Positions 11,401 through 26,400 of a stretch of DNA of 64,000 bases are shown piece after piece. The notes under the pieces are model-generated. The model did no database searches, was not told the origin of the DNA, and was given only the letters and a program-made list of their open reading frames with translations. This stretch comes from Botryllus schlosseri (lineage: Eukaryota), in contig CM119371.1 in NCBI GenBank assembly GCA_051294905.1, forward strand, positions 13,270,001 through 13,334,000. The letters run 5' to 3'. Made by a program: the position numbers and the translations under genes. The number at the start of each line of letters is the position of its first letter. The first letter of the stretch is position 1.

Positions 11401-14400
11401 GCCGGAGCTCTACATAAAATTCAGCCGGAGCCGGAGCTGGAGCCCGTTATTTGAGGAGTAGCTCCGGCTCCGACGTATTTCATTAGATGCTATTATATAT
11501 TGAACAACCACATCTGCTGATTTATCATAATTGAACAGCAGGTCTTAATATTAATGCTGTGCGCAGCAATGGCATAGAGCAGTGGTTCCCAACCTGTGGT
11601 ACGCGTACCACTAGTGGTACGCGAAGGTCTTCCAGGTGGTACGCGAGTAGATTCTGTTTTTTTTTCGACCGAAGGAAGTTACTAGTTCAGGTGAGGTAGA
11701 TTTTGAGTTTTTTGAAGCCGTCGTCTCACGCTATTCCCCATCAGATGCTAATTTTCCCTTATACGTGGGAATGCGAGCAAGGATTTTCATCCTTGATGAC
11801 TATCAAGTCGAAGAAACGAAACCGACATGTTGCGCCCATACATGACTTTCGATGCGCTGCAAGCAAACGTATACCACGCATCGACAAGCTAATGGATAAT
11901 AAACAAATGCTGCCATCACATTAAATAAATTGACTTTTGAATGTGTTTTGTTATTTCATTATGTTGTTTTTCTTGTGACTGGTGGTGAAAAAACAATTCC
12001 ATACATCCCATCAACCCTGGGTGATAATGCCTAGTTCAGGGGTGTCAAACTCAAATTGCATCGCGGGCCGGATCGAAGTCATGAAATTGCTCGCGGGCCG
12101 GACCAGTCAACGGAATCCAAAACGTTGACTCGTGCCATTGCTTCTCGCTGGAATACTTTACTATCGAGCATATATAGATAATACACGGATCGTAGGGGTT
12201 TCATTCTAGCGAGTCGCCACACCATTATTTGCGAGCAATGAAATTGGCGAAAATACGATGTTTGTCCGGTTGAATACAATGGCATTACCGGCGCTACAAG
12301 TAGACATATTTCAGTTTTCCTTTTGCCTTAGTCCAGGTGTGGCCAACCTGCGGCCGTAGACACGCAATTCGATTAGTATGTGTTGGCGGCCGTCGACATG
12401 CAATCCGAATTTACGAATTGACTCCCGATTTCTTAAAAGATTTCAATTAATCTTGAAATTTTCTTCGCGCTGGGTGCGATTCAATGCGACTACATTTTTC
12501 GATTTTAATATAGTAGCACCCTTTGCAATCAGAGCCCCACAATACAGATGCGAACATCAATGGAAAATGATGCGTCTCACATGGAAATATCAGCTCGGAA
12601 TCGTGTGCTCCTCACTATACTAACAATCATGATGGGAGGTCAAGAAATAACAGCTTGCTACAAAGTTACTAATACCAATTGGCCCACCCGAAGATGCATC
12701 ATAATTTATAACTTGCGTTAAATTTTCGAAAACACCCCTTCATCAATTCTATACCAGTGAATCTGATCACACGGGATGAGAAAGGATAAATGTTTGATGG
12801 TAATATGTAAAACTACTAATAATAATGACGAAATTCATTGATGAATCTGAATTTTTTTCGCGCTTCGCGCGACTATGAGCACTTCCCTCCTTAACATTAC
12901 CAGTGACCACTCGCGATTTGGGTGCGCATAGTAAGCCTACCATTAAATAGATTAGTCCGGAGTTTACCAGAAATGGACATATACACTTTAACCTGGGAGT
13001 TTGGCGTCCAGCTCGTTCATTACGACAATGCCCTGGAATGCGGCCGTATAGGCTACACGAGTAGTCGAAATGTGAATTGCAAAAAGGTTGGCCACCCCTG
13101 CTTTAGTCATAATCTGGCGTTATCGCTGCGTATGCGTTGTGATGAATACAAGGTATTTAACTGTCAACGCGGACTTTGTAATTTGGTTTATTGCTATGGA
13201 TGTGATGGATAATATAATCTTTTTTCAATGTACTCAGAATTGCTATGCGGGCCGGATAAAATCGTATGGCGGGCCGTATCTTTGACGTCCTTGGCCTAGT
13301 TTAATAGAATTTGTTAATACACCTCTCATAGGTCAAATACGTGAGTATGACGTCATAAATGGTGGAAACGCGCGTAACTTATACAGGTGGTACGCGAGCA
13401 CTGCATAAAACCTCAAAATGGTACGTGGGTTGAAAAAGGTTGGGAACCACTGGCATAGAGTTAAGTGCGTTCTAGTGCAACTATGATGTTATCGACAAGT
13501 GACAAGTATTCATTATGACGTCACAAGCCGGCAAGGCGGCACCTATGTCTTCTTTGCTACATCGGATGTTACTGACGGCTGACAGACTCTTAGATTACTA
13601 TGGATAACTAACCCATGGGTAGATTAGTAATCTGTATAGACCAGAAAGGGGCAACTTTCTGGTTTATAAGGGACACATGAAATTGACGATCGAGCGCGCG
13701 GTCCACTAGCCGCGCCATGCGGCTAAAATTTACAAAGTTTATAAATAAACCAGGTCAATAATATTATTACTTGAGTATATTGCGGGTCTACTGTATAGTA
13801 TACCGCCTGCTAGGCTCTGTCTGGCCAATCTATATCGAAGGTCTCCGGATAATATCCGATAATCATTTTTTGCCTACATTTCAACGTCGACGATCTTTAT
13901 AAGAGCGGAAACACGAAAAGACTTTCTCCCGTAATTGCGAATACAGTTAGACTCAATCGGGTAAATTAGGCTTTTTTTTCATTTTCAGTAGGGGGTAGGC
14001 AGCAAGAAATCGTGTGACAATTAAACACGCGAAGCGCGAAGAAAAATTTCACTACTATTTTAGTTTATTGTAATGTATGACGATTTACTGAAAATTTGAC
14101 TGGACCCCGGACCTGCCAATGCGTCGGAACTGATATTTTAGTCATCAACATCCCAAATGTCGCAGCCAGAGTTGTAATTTATGGTTGGCATTGCAATTTC
14201 AAAATCTGGGCAATTCATTTTCGATAATAATAGGAAGGAAATAACATTGCGGGCCACATTTTGCCCGCTGGTTGGCCACCCCTGATATAGACAGGCCCAT
14301 TCGATAATTTCAGAGCCGGAGCCGGAGCTGGAGCCGGAGCAGTGGTAATAATGCCGCTCCGGAGCCGGAGCCGGAGCTAATGTATGATAGAAGAAAGCTC

Positions 14401-17400
14401 CGGAGCCGGAGCCGGAGCAGTTTAAATTTCCGGCTGCTCCAAAGCCCTGGTTATGACTTGTCTCATTTCCCTATCCGGCTTTGATGGTAGTATCAAAATC
14501 ACTTACTGTTGCACATCGGGGCTTTGTTGTCCCAATTTCCGCCGTCCATACAGGTCATGTAAGAATAGCTGGATGCTCGGTACGACATTTGGTAAGTGGA
14601 CTTGCAGCGGTATTGCACTCGCTCGCCAATGCGATAGTACATTTTCATTGGATAATAGTAACCGTGCATTACATCGTCTCCCATGCAGTACTCTGTATAA
14701 GGAATCAACTATTGTGAAATGCGTAATGGAAATGCTTTAACAAGCCTAATCCGTTTTACTTCTCGTTAGCAATACAGCAGATCAGGTATATGATATTAAA
14801 ATGGAGGGATATATTACCAGTCCCCAATATGAGTGATCTTATAGGTTATTACTAGGGCGATTTTTTTTGACATGTCAAAATAAGTCAAGATTTTGTCAAA
14901 ATTGTAGCGTTAAGTCAAAAATTTGTCAAAATTGTTTACAAACACAAAATTTTTTTGCAAGCTGCATTTCGTTTGTATCATATATGTTTGCATTGTCAGT
15001 GAACTTTTCGTTTGACAGCTTTGAGCCTAGTTCTTAGGCCTGCTGTTGTAGACGGTTCATTGTCTGCTCATTGTGAATCATAAACAGTCAAATGAAACAA
15101 TAGGTTGACATGGTGTTATGCTCAACCTACCGCAGTATCCTAACTGAAGCAAGACTGCGTGAGCATTGGTTCTTATATCAAGAAGCGCATGATAAAAAAC
15201 TGTTATGTATACAACATTGTCGGAGTAAAGCAACACGGTTTGTCGCCAGCAGTGTACGTCAACTTCAGTGTTGCCAGCCAACAAGCTGCTGTTTTTTCTC
15301 CCATTCTTGGGGAGCTACACTTTCTACCCGAGAATGTAGGAAAGTATCTGAAAACTTTATTATTTCCACCATAATGTGGGATGTAACTACTGGAATTCTT
15401 CATAGGTTCAGATTTCGTTAAAATAAAGTTTTTTCATGTAAAAAGGTTGTCAGTTTTAAGGTCAAAAAAGTGTTTTCACGCCCGACTACTTTGTATTGAC
15501 AAACAGTTCAGACTAGAAATTGAGATAAGTACAATTGTGACATTGTGTGCGAAAACACCTAATTTGCGTACGTGAGGGCAAAATTTTGCCAAAATTAATT
15601 TTTCCGGTGTAAAAAACGTCAAAATTTTCGTTTTTTAGGTCAAAATCTTCTGTTATTCAGGTAAAAAAAAATCGCCCTACTTATAAATTATAACTGTCAC
15701 AAAATAAAATAGGCTATGCCTGGCGAATATGGAGGACGTTATTCACCAGGGCTGATGCAAATGTGCTGTTACTGTGCACCAAGAGGGAAGTTTAGAAACT
15801 TACTTTTGCATTTCTGAGGCGCGCCGCCCCAGTTTCCGTCCTTCATACACTTGGCGTGTTTACGGTAGTTGGCCGGGGCGTAATATCCGTAATCGCATTC
15901 AAACTTGATGTATTCCCCTTCCATGTATCGCATCTTGTAATATGCTCTGTGGTTGTAGGCATGGTGATCCGGCACTTTGCAATATTCTAAACAGATAAAA
16001 TTTCGATTAGTATTGCGATGTGTCTGGAGTCGATGCAGTTGGTTAATCCACCTCCAGCACTAGTGATGCTAAAACGCCTAGATGGATGTCAATTAAGTGA
16101 CGATTGATGAGACGCCCTTGGTCGTTCGCAGAGTCGCGATTTTTTGGTGGCTCGTCTTGACTCGAGTCATTTTTTCAAATGCGTAAAATGACTCGACTCG
16201 AGTAGATTTTTGTATTGACTCGACTTGTACTCGAGTCATTGTACATGACTCGAATTAAGTCATATGACTCGGGACTAGGACTGCCAAGACAGACAGTTTC
16301 AATCAATCAGTTTATCAATATTTTCATCATTTCATAACATCACAAGACTGCGATACAATGAAAAGATAAGAAGGTGTCGAAACAACTTGGAGTAGCCATT
16401 AAGATCAGACACCCACCTTAGCCTTTCATTGTAACTTCAAATGATAGTAAAGTTACCACAATATTGGTAGGCCTATATCGTCTATCAGTCCTGATACTGG
16501 GAAAATAGGGCCATAAATTGTTGAGACTGAGGAAAATTACTAAATTATGAATGCGGGCCATTCTATATCACTCGCACAGAGTTGAAAGAGTGGGTTGAAC
16601 TGGATTGACAGAAAACTGAATAGTGATGATAATGACTTGGACTCGGACTCGAGTCAAACACTATGACTCGGACTCGACCCTCTACTATTTGACTTGGACC
16701 CGGTGGTCAATTGAAAATGACTCGAGTCAAAACCATTAAAGTGAGATTGACTTGTGATTTGGTTACAATCCTTCGTTCGTCATCCTACGTTTATCGCAAT
16801 GTGTCGTCTGTATCTCATTATGTGTGTATTAAGGGGGTGGAAAGAGAACTTCTGGTTATGATTAACCGGATAACAGGCCTGGCTGGAGTGGATATATTTT
16901 ATTATTTAGACTTAAATTTCGACTCAGATGCTCTGTATATATGCAAATAGTTTACATGCTTCCAAAACTTAATTCATGGTCTTGCAACGATGGCTGGTCA
17001 AAGATGAAAAACACTGGGGTTGAATACGAATGAAACTGGGGATGCAAATATCATTTCCCGCTTAAATCCTGATTATTTAGCCCCGAAAGGTGTTTATTGT
17101 TGTAGGAAGAATATATGCCATGACTCTGCATCATGAATAAAATGAATATTACCGGTACCTGATTGTCCACTATCTACGAATTCTATCATAAGTAGATTAT
17201 GTTTTACTGGTAGATTAGTAATATCCTAATAGAAAGAGTTGTTTTTTCGTCAAAATGTGACCACAACCGCAGTCGATTACCTATACACCTGCGCCAAAGA
17301 TTTTGTACAAAAACATAGAAACTTTGTGCGATAATTGCTAATGAAAGAGGTGGATTCATTCAGCGTCCTATATCTTACTTGTAGGCATCCTCTTGCATTT

Positions 17401-20400
17401 CGGCAATTCATCCCAATTGCCGTCCAACATACAGGAAGAGTAATATTTCATCATCATTCCTTCGTCGTACTTGTAGTACCCAGCTTCGCACTTGACGTAG
17501 ATCTGATCGTCGGTGTCGTAATATTTCATTTTTGGTTCGTAGTAGCCATGTTCTACCATCGGCGGGGAACAGTATTCTGGAAAAGACGGTATTCTGAACT
17601 GATGAGGAATTTTGTAACTTGAGTTAGGACAAGCAACTTGAGTAGGCAAATCCGAATTAATCATTGGTTGAAACAGGCTTGTAACCAAGTCACAAGGCTC
17701 CGAGTCACAAGTCAGCCCCACTTTTATAGTTTTGACTCGAGTCAAGTCGAGTCATTTTCAATTCAACATCGAGTCAAGTCAGCAAGCAGAGCGTCGACTC
17801 GGAGTCATGGCCTTATTACTCGTGTTCGAGTTCGAGTCCGAGTTCAATTCCTTGTGTTGACTGCCCAGTTTCGAGTTAAAGTCTTGTTAAACCCACTTTT
17901 CATAACTGTGTTTAGTGATATGGAATGGTATAATAAACTAATTTTCCTCACTTTTAGCAGTTTCTGGTGGCTTTTTCAAGCACCACTACCAATATACGAA
18001 ATCCCAATACTGTGTGGTTACGGTACAATACTATTCTTCGAAATTACAATGAAATGCCGTCTGAGTCATATGACGAGTCCAAGTCGAGTCAATACACAGA
18101 TTGACTCGAGCCAGGTCGAGTCATTTCCGCATTTTGAGAAAATAACTCTAGTTAATTTGAGTCATTACGACCCTGGGTTGAAATGATTAGAATATGCATT
18201 GATGGGTAAATTTCCTCAGCAGCGAGGAAATTTATCATTGCCATTGAGCGCATACGCTTTCTAGCTGCAGCCACGAAATCTTATTCGCTGAAGGCGCCGT
18301 ATATCATAGTATTGGGTAACCAATTAGGATATTTTCTTGGACAGGACAAAGTGCTATTGGCAAGACTTTTGTGGTCGCGAGTAATGCCTGAATTTTACCT
18401 CATGAGTGTAATCTTCCAATTTATTATGCCATAATGAGAACTAATCAGCTGGTATGGCCAAACCGGCTAGATGAACGCCCAGCCAATCACTTGATCAGTC
18501 AATATTGGTGCTACGCATAATCAGATAAGATTTAATAATATGGAATTTATAAAACAAATTGATTTGATTTTGGAAGACCAACAACTTTGTGACTGCATTA
18601 TATCATGTTTTCGTTAAAAGTGGCGCACATTGATTTACATGCATCGTAACTAACAAGAAGTTATTATTCAAAAAATAATAGTCATTTGCTCTGGTACTTC
18701 TTGGCACAAGTTAGCCTACATAGTGGTACCAAGTAGGCTGCAGTGCTACTACAATAACAGGGTTACCATACGTCCTCTCTCAAGAGGACTTGTCCTCTTT
18801 TTTCACAAAACTGAAAGTGTCCTCGGAGGACGCCTAAATGCCCACTTGTTTGGGAATTTGTCCTCTTTCTTTAGAAGAAGTATTAAAATGGCATGAAAAA
18901 GTCGACACGTAGGCAGAATTTATAAGCAGAATTGTACAAAAGTGGGTAATGCGGGAGTCGATCAAAATGATGACCTGTTTTCTTAGTCATCGTGAAAAAG
19001 AAGGTTTATAGGGTGTCGAGACAAAGTGATGAGCTTTTTTTAGTCAACACAGAAGTTTTGGTAGAAAAAAGTATTCTTAGCGGGAACTGGAGCTTTCAGA
19101 CTTTTTGAAATGTCGCCTCTTTTTCAGATCTCAAAATCTGGTAACCCTGACAATTACAGCTATCAAACCATGGAGCATCTATACATGCTTTATGGAAAAG
19201 TGATCACATAATATATCTATGAATAACAAATAGGATTGCAATGTGTCTACACAATATTAGAATAGTTGTCAACTCGAATGCTTCAAGCTGTGTGGAAATT
19301 CAATACTCACTTTTACCGATCTTCATACACTTGGGTCGCTTCTTGTTCCATTTTCCATCTCTACCACAGTAGTTGTAGACGTACGCGTCATCATCTTCGT
19401 ATTTCAGTCGGTATCCGATGGCGCACCGGTAATATACTCTGTCGCCGGGCTTGTAGCTACCCTTCATCGGTGAATAGACGCCGTGCTGTATCATCATGTG
19501 CATACAAGAGCCTGTAAGCAATGTAATGTGTATGGTAATATCCACGCAGATCAATGGACTTATGTTTGGGATTATGGGATTAGGATCGTAAGTGCGTTCC
19601 ACAAATATGACCGTACTATTAAATTAACATATCTCAATAGATCTGTACAGGTAAATATGATGCAAATTTATCACAAAACGATTTTCCACTTCACAGATTC
19701 TAAAGCGTGCATAAATCACCGTGCCGGCATTAAAATCAGTGGTAAAATTAGAAGCAGCCTAATCACCAGGGTTGTAACCGAGCCATAAGGTTCCGAGTCA
19801 CAAGTCAATCTCACTTATAGTTTTGACACGGGTCACGTCGAGTCAGTGTCAATTCACCATTGAGTCAAGTCCTAGTAAGTGAATTGAGAGGTTCAACCCA
19901 CTTTTTCAGCTCTGCTCGAGTGATATAGAATGGCTCGCAATCATAATATAGTAATTTTCCTCAGTCTTGACAGCTTCTGGCCCTATTTTCCAAGTGCCAG
20001 GACTGATAGACCAAATACTAATAATGTGGTAATATTTCTATTCTTCGAAGTTACAATGAAATGTCTGCCGTGGCCGTGGTAGTTCGAGTCATGCGAGTAC
20101 AAGTCGAGTCAATAAACAAATATCCATTTGATCAAGTAGTGAACGTAGTCACCTACTTGACTACACTGAAGAAGAAGCATTGGCTGACTGGTCACCTCCG
20201 ATAGTTAAAGTGTCGTGGACTGTTTTAACAATATAATCGATTGTTACCTGCTTTTATCTTCTTGCACATTGGAGGCTTCATGTCCCACATGCCATCCTTT
20301 CCACAAGTAGCGTACCGATAGTATTTTCCTTCGTAGTACTTGTAATATCCATCGTTGCACTTGAAACGGAGTTGGTCACCAACAGAGTACATTTTCCTGT

Positions 20401-23400
20401 CGGGCTTCAATGTTCCATGTTCGAATTTGGGCATTTTGCAGTACTCTGTTATCATAACATAATAGTTTCGGCGTCAGCAGTTGAAACATCGAAGTATTCG
20501 TTAACTATCTGGCTCAAAAAGTAAGCAAACACATCTTCGTTGGTGGTTGATTTAATAACTTAGTATAACATTCAACGTTCAAGTGTGGTTTGGTCGCTAT
20601 CAAAGGTACCTAGTGCAGGTGATGGTAGGTGGTAATTCACTACGGTATGCAATTTCCGATTATTATTGTTGTCACATGACGGATAGAGTCGCAAATTGGT
20701 TATAACACTTACACGCAATTAGCGAACAGTGTGAATACTTTCGTTTAGCACCAATTCTATCTCGGGGATTGGAGTTCATTGCCTAATCCCACCAATTCAA
20801 GTTTCCATGACCAAGGACACGATTACATTATTACATTATTGCATAACCTAATAGATAAAACATTTCCCCAAATTCGGGGTATTTGAGAACTACCTGTCCC
20901 CGTTACTGAGCTTAATATATTTGAGGTGCGAAGGTGTAGTATTGTGGTCTGGATTTAGGTCTTGTGTCAACTAACATAGGACTTGGATTCGATTCAGAGA
21001 TGAAAAGAATAAGTGAATATGGACGTGAGGATAGTCACAACACATTCAGTCCGCAGCAACGTCACACCGTCTAACTAAAGCGATAAGTCACGTTGATTTG
21101 TATTCGGGAGGTCCATATTCCACGATCTATATGTGATTAGGACTCCATGCTCAACTGTAATTTGAAATTACCATTTCAATGGTTTCGAATTTCAGTGTTA
21201 CTTTGGATATATGGTTGAATAGCAAATGTGCGCGAATTTATCCTCATATTTCAATTTTGGGTGGTAATATTTTTACTCCTTATACACTCTGTTGGTATCC
21301 CCGTTAACTTACTTTTCTTCATATCCATGCACTTGGGTGATTTATACTTCCATTTGCCATCCATGCAAACGTTATATTCGTATTCCTCTCCCTTGTACAT
21401 TTTCTCAAAGCCTCTGGCACATCGGTAGTAAAGCTTCGAGCCTTGTTGATATCTCTCAAACATCGGCCAATATGACCCGTAATAGAATTCCGGCGCGTAG
21501 CAATAGTCTGTAAACAGTGGGAACAAAATATAAATCCTGATAATCTTAGTCTGCCTTAGACGTACTCATCATCATCATTCTCTTGCACATAGGTGGTTTC
21601 TTGTCCCAATAACCACCCGGTTTGCACATAGCGTAGTCATATCTTTCACCCTCGTAGTAGAGCTTGTAACCGTCTTTGCATTTGTAGCTGACCTTCTCAC
21701 CATACCCATATCTGGGTTTGGACCGCATGGCCATACCGTGTTCAATCATGGGAGGGTCACAGTAAGCTGAACAATAATACGTCATGAACGCAAGTCCTCA
21801 ATAGATTACAGCACAAAGTACGTATACGCATCAGTGACTTTCATGCTTGAATTAAGCTGGATGGTTTAGACATATTGCAAAGGCCTAAGCACACCAAGCC
21901 ATTCGTGACCACCTGCAAGTCGTAAATCTTGTCAAGTTATTGACATCTCACTTGCGTTTTAATACAACCCTCTTTTCATGAGCCATCAACTGTTTGTTTA
22001 CATTGTAAGGATTCATAAGAATACTAATACTGTAGACCAGTGGTCGTGAACCTTTTTGGGCCGAAGAGCCATATTGACCAAATATTTTCAAATTTAAATC
22101 CCAAAGAGCCATAAATGTCAATCAACTATTACGTCACAATTAAGATTTCGTGACGTAGGGTTTTGGCAGCACCAATGCCCGGAATTCGTAGTGTTCGCCA
22201 TATTTTCTCTGCTAGCATGCGTAGGCGGATCCAAACATGGTCACTACAGCAGTACATACATTGAAACCTTCAACGATTATTGGTATTTTCTATTCATGTT
22301 CATGAATGACTAGATTTTAAACATTTTTGCTCCAAAATTCAAGCAAATTTCAAATTTATTTTTCGAAAATAAAGCGCGAAAGGAGAGGTAATGCATAGAT
22401 GAGGCAAATACGGGCCAAGTCTCACCTGCAAAACGCAACTCATTGTAAATAGCCTAGAATTTATAATCACTGATATTAATGGAATGTAATTGTCGTACTG
22501 ATTCCGAATATCTAAATATTGATTGACTTCTCCATGATTCGGCTAACATAACGCTACATTTTAATGGCGGTATACTAGAAAACTTTTTACCGATCAAGAA
22601 CATGGATAGCTACAGCGATGTTTTTTATTTTTATTTCTAATTTTGGATGTCACCTCCAAGGCACTTCATTTCTCGGTGTAGATCAGTGGTTCCCAACCTT
22701 TTTCGACCCATCGCCCCCTTTTCAAGGTCAACACCGATCATCGCCCCCCAAATTTTGTGCACCGATAATTGGGCATACAGACTGTAATGACCGGCGGGTT
22801 GACTAAAAAAAAAAAAAAAAAGGTCATCTTTCTCCGCTCAGAGCTGAAAATAACGTTTTTTCGCTCCGCATTGCTAGGTGGATGACTAAAAAAAAGAAAA
22901 AAGGTCAGCCGTTTTTACGCGTCATCGCCCCCCTATCGCCCCCTTCGCTATTTTCGCCCCCCGTCGCCCCCTTTGTCCATTTTCGCCCCCCTGTCGCCCC
23001 CTTCGTCATTTTCGCCCCCCTAGATCGCCAAATCGCCCCCTGGGGGGCGATATCGCCCACGTTGGGAACCACTGGTGTAGATCAAGAAAATAATATGCAT
23101 TTGAAAACTGCATCATCACACAAGCGTCACTATGTCTGCTATTCTCTGTGATCAATCCAAAATTATTTCGAGACGCGCGATGTCGGGTAAATCGAATTCG
23201 CGAGCGATGTTAGTTGCCGCCGCGACAGTAACCTAAAAATTTGAGTATTTTGAAAAGGGGGATACGAGACCCTAACCCTGGATACCCCACTGTCTTGACC
23301 TCTCAAAGACATGTTTAGACTGTCACGAGAATAATTATTCTGGACGTAATGAAAATTTACTAACAAGTTGCTGCAATATCAATAAATTTATTACAAAATT

Positions 23401-26400
23401 AAAAATTTGGTAAAGAGCCATATCTTATACCCAAAAGAGCCATATATGGCTCGCAAGCCATAGGTTCCCGACCACTGCTGTAGACAGAGGGTGTCGAGAA
23501 CAATGCCCGCAAAGGGTTATCATATTTTAGAAATCTGAAAAGAGGACACTTTTTCGAAATTTTCAGACTTACAAATCCAGGGGATCAAATCCTGAAAATA
23601 TGGTAAATTTTTCCCACTTTGTGGTCGGTTGACTAAAAACAAAGTCAACTTTCGGGCTCAGGTCCCAAAATGCAGTTTTTCATTCATATTATCAGTCGGT
23701 TGACTATAAAAAAGGTCAACTAACCACTAGAGCGTTACTTCGGTGCTGATTTTCTGCATCTAAGTCGATTTAGCCATATATTCAACGAAAATTCTCAAGA
23801 ATGAGGCCAAAATCTCAAAAAAGAGGACATTAGGGCGTCCTCCGAGGACACTTTCAAAAAAGTCCAAAAAGAGAACGTATTGTAACCCTAAATATAAACG
23901 ATCACTTCCGACAGCATCATGTCAAAGCCGCTCACTACTCTTGCACCATATTATAACCGCTAGGTGGCGACATTTCACTGTAGTCACCTGTAGTAGTAAA
24001 TCTGTGACGCAGACACCAAATTGCGAGACAGTAAAGAAGTAAACACTCAGTTCGAAGTTTTCAAAAACAACAGACAGAAAAGTAGTTATCCATTGACGTG
24101 AAAACGGAAATGCTGAACAGCTGCATGCAAGTCCCAGACGTCACATATAGTTATTTGGCCTATGCAGCAAGTATACACTTTCAAGTTGTGTTAGTTTTGG
24201 TGCCAAAAGTCGTTTAATGTCCATTTCTTCAGCTGAGTTGGAGTATCCATGTTTTTCTTCATAGATTCAATGGGTTTTATTACTAGGCTGTATTCAAAAC
24301 TCGTTTATCATTGATATCGAATGTCGTATCACATTACTCATGGTATTGAGATGGGTGTAAGCTGTTAAGTTGGAATCTCCAACGTACAATGATTGCACTC
24401 GAATTTTAAATGACATCATATACATATAGCGTACTGGTACTCAATAGGCTATGTGACAGTCACCTGTGCCTGTAGGGCAAATGCAACCTGTCGGAATTTG
24501 GTCTCGCAGATATCGCAATTAAACAGTCAGTGTTCAAGTGAGCCCATTTTATTAGAAAACGGCAATAATGTCATGACCACTCAGTAGGTATCATCAATTA
24601 CGCACATGCAGTTAAAAGTAGCTTTGCCTTTATATTCTGGAAATCACTGTGATAATACGCATATGCCCAGAAACAAGATTTCTTGAAGCGAATGGCGTTG
24701 GCGACGCCCACGCTAAAATTTAGTACGTAATACATATTTTGTGTGTGTATCGAAACGGAACTCCGGGTAACACGATCTTGCGTTTCACGAAACAGGTCTC
24801 CATACCTTTCGTGGCCATTTTGCACGTCGGATGCACGAATTTCCAATTTCCATCGTCCATGCAGACGTTGTATTCGAACCAATCTTCGCCGTACATCAAC
24901 ATGTATCCTTCCTTGCATTTAGTGTAGTAGAGACGATCTCCAGAACTGTACATCTTCATTGCGGGCGTGTACATACCGTGCTCGAATTTTGGTGGATCGC
25001 AATAATCTGAAACAATACGGATTTTCGGTTTGAAGCAAGCATGTATACCTTTAGTAACAAAAACAAGAAAAAGTCTTAAATTCTGTGGTCTGGAGTAGGT
25101 GGTATGACTCAATTTACCAGTGATAATTACCTATAATCAACAGGATCTCAAGTACATGCTGGAGATAAGTCATAAAAATATAGTACTGTTCAAGTTGTTA
25201 TGCTTCAGAGTAAAGTCATCAAGTAGGCCTACTCTATGACGTGAATTTCGTGCCATACTTCATAATTCGGTTATGTTCCTGATGTGAGTGGAATTGTATT
25301 CCTGTAATTCAATTATTTTATCAAAATAAATTTGCATTTTTATTCTATTCCAAAATCAAGACGGTGATTTTTTGACATTGCAAAAAAAAGCAAGAATTTT
25401 GTCAAAATTGTAGCGTTAGGTCAAAAATTGTCAACATTGTTTCCAAAGTCAGATTTTTTTGCAACCTGCATTTAGATTATGTCATAGATTTTTGCTATGT
25501 CGGTGAACTTTGACATTTTACATCTTGTAGCATAGTTTGTAGACGGCCCATTGTCTGCTCGTTGTAAATCAGGGGTCGCCAGCTCAAAACGGGTCGCGGG
25601 CCACTTTTCAAATTTCGCAGCGGCTGCGGGCCACATGAATTCAATATCGGCATAAACTAGGCAACCATCGTTTTGAAACTCTACGTCAGTACAACATCGT
25701 GCTACTTAATTTAGGCAATGGGCGTAGTGACCATAAAGAAGTAATATTTTATCAAAGGAATACCAATACAACATAAAATCATTATCATTAATTTCATATT
25801 ATTTTGAAGTCTGAGCTGTGCACGATACTGGAAACGCTTTTCAGCGAATAAGGACTCGATATTGGGGCTAGCGAGATACGTTACTAGCTGAAAGACCATC
25901 TCCACGTAAAGCTTGATCTTGTGGGGAAGCCCTAGGCCAGTGGTTCTCAAACATTTTTGGACACGCTCCCCTTAATGATACTGAAAACTTCCGCTCCCCC
26001 TTATCGTCATATCACAAAATGTAACCAGAATGCTAGCAATCCCAACAGATAGTTTGATGGCATTGAAGGTTATGACTGTTGATCATAGGCGCCGAACGCT
26101 AATTTTCCTTAGGCATGCGAGTTCGATGACGTCACAAAGGAATGACGTCATGATCCGACGAAATTGATAATTAGGGATAATACAGCATCAATTCATGAGG
26201 GTCAAGTGCCTGCATAAATGCCGATTATGCAATATCTTCGTGTTAACAAACTTGCGCGTATGATAAGCTTGTAAACGAGTCCGGAAGTGCTGTCAATTAG
26301 CGAGTCCCTGCCGCTAGCGAACAATTAAATACGGCGCTTATCAACGCGTATTACGTAACCTCGGCGACGATTTGCGCAAGGCAAAATGTCAGAGTAGTTA

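Noticed and set aside
17638..18186. Longest ORF in the track (182 aa) and similar TRV/DSS-rich ORFs
   Set aside because: Translations of GACTCGAGTC MITE repeats with no protein-like features.
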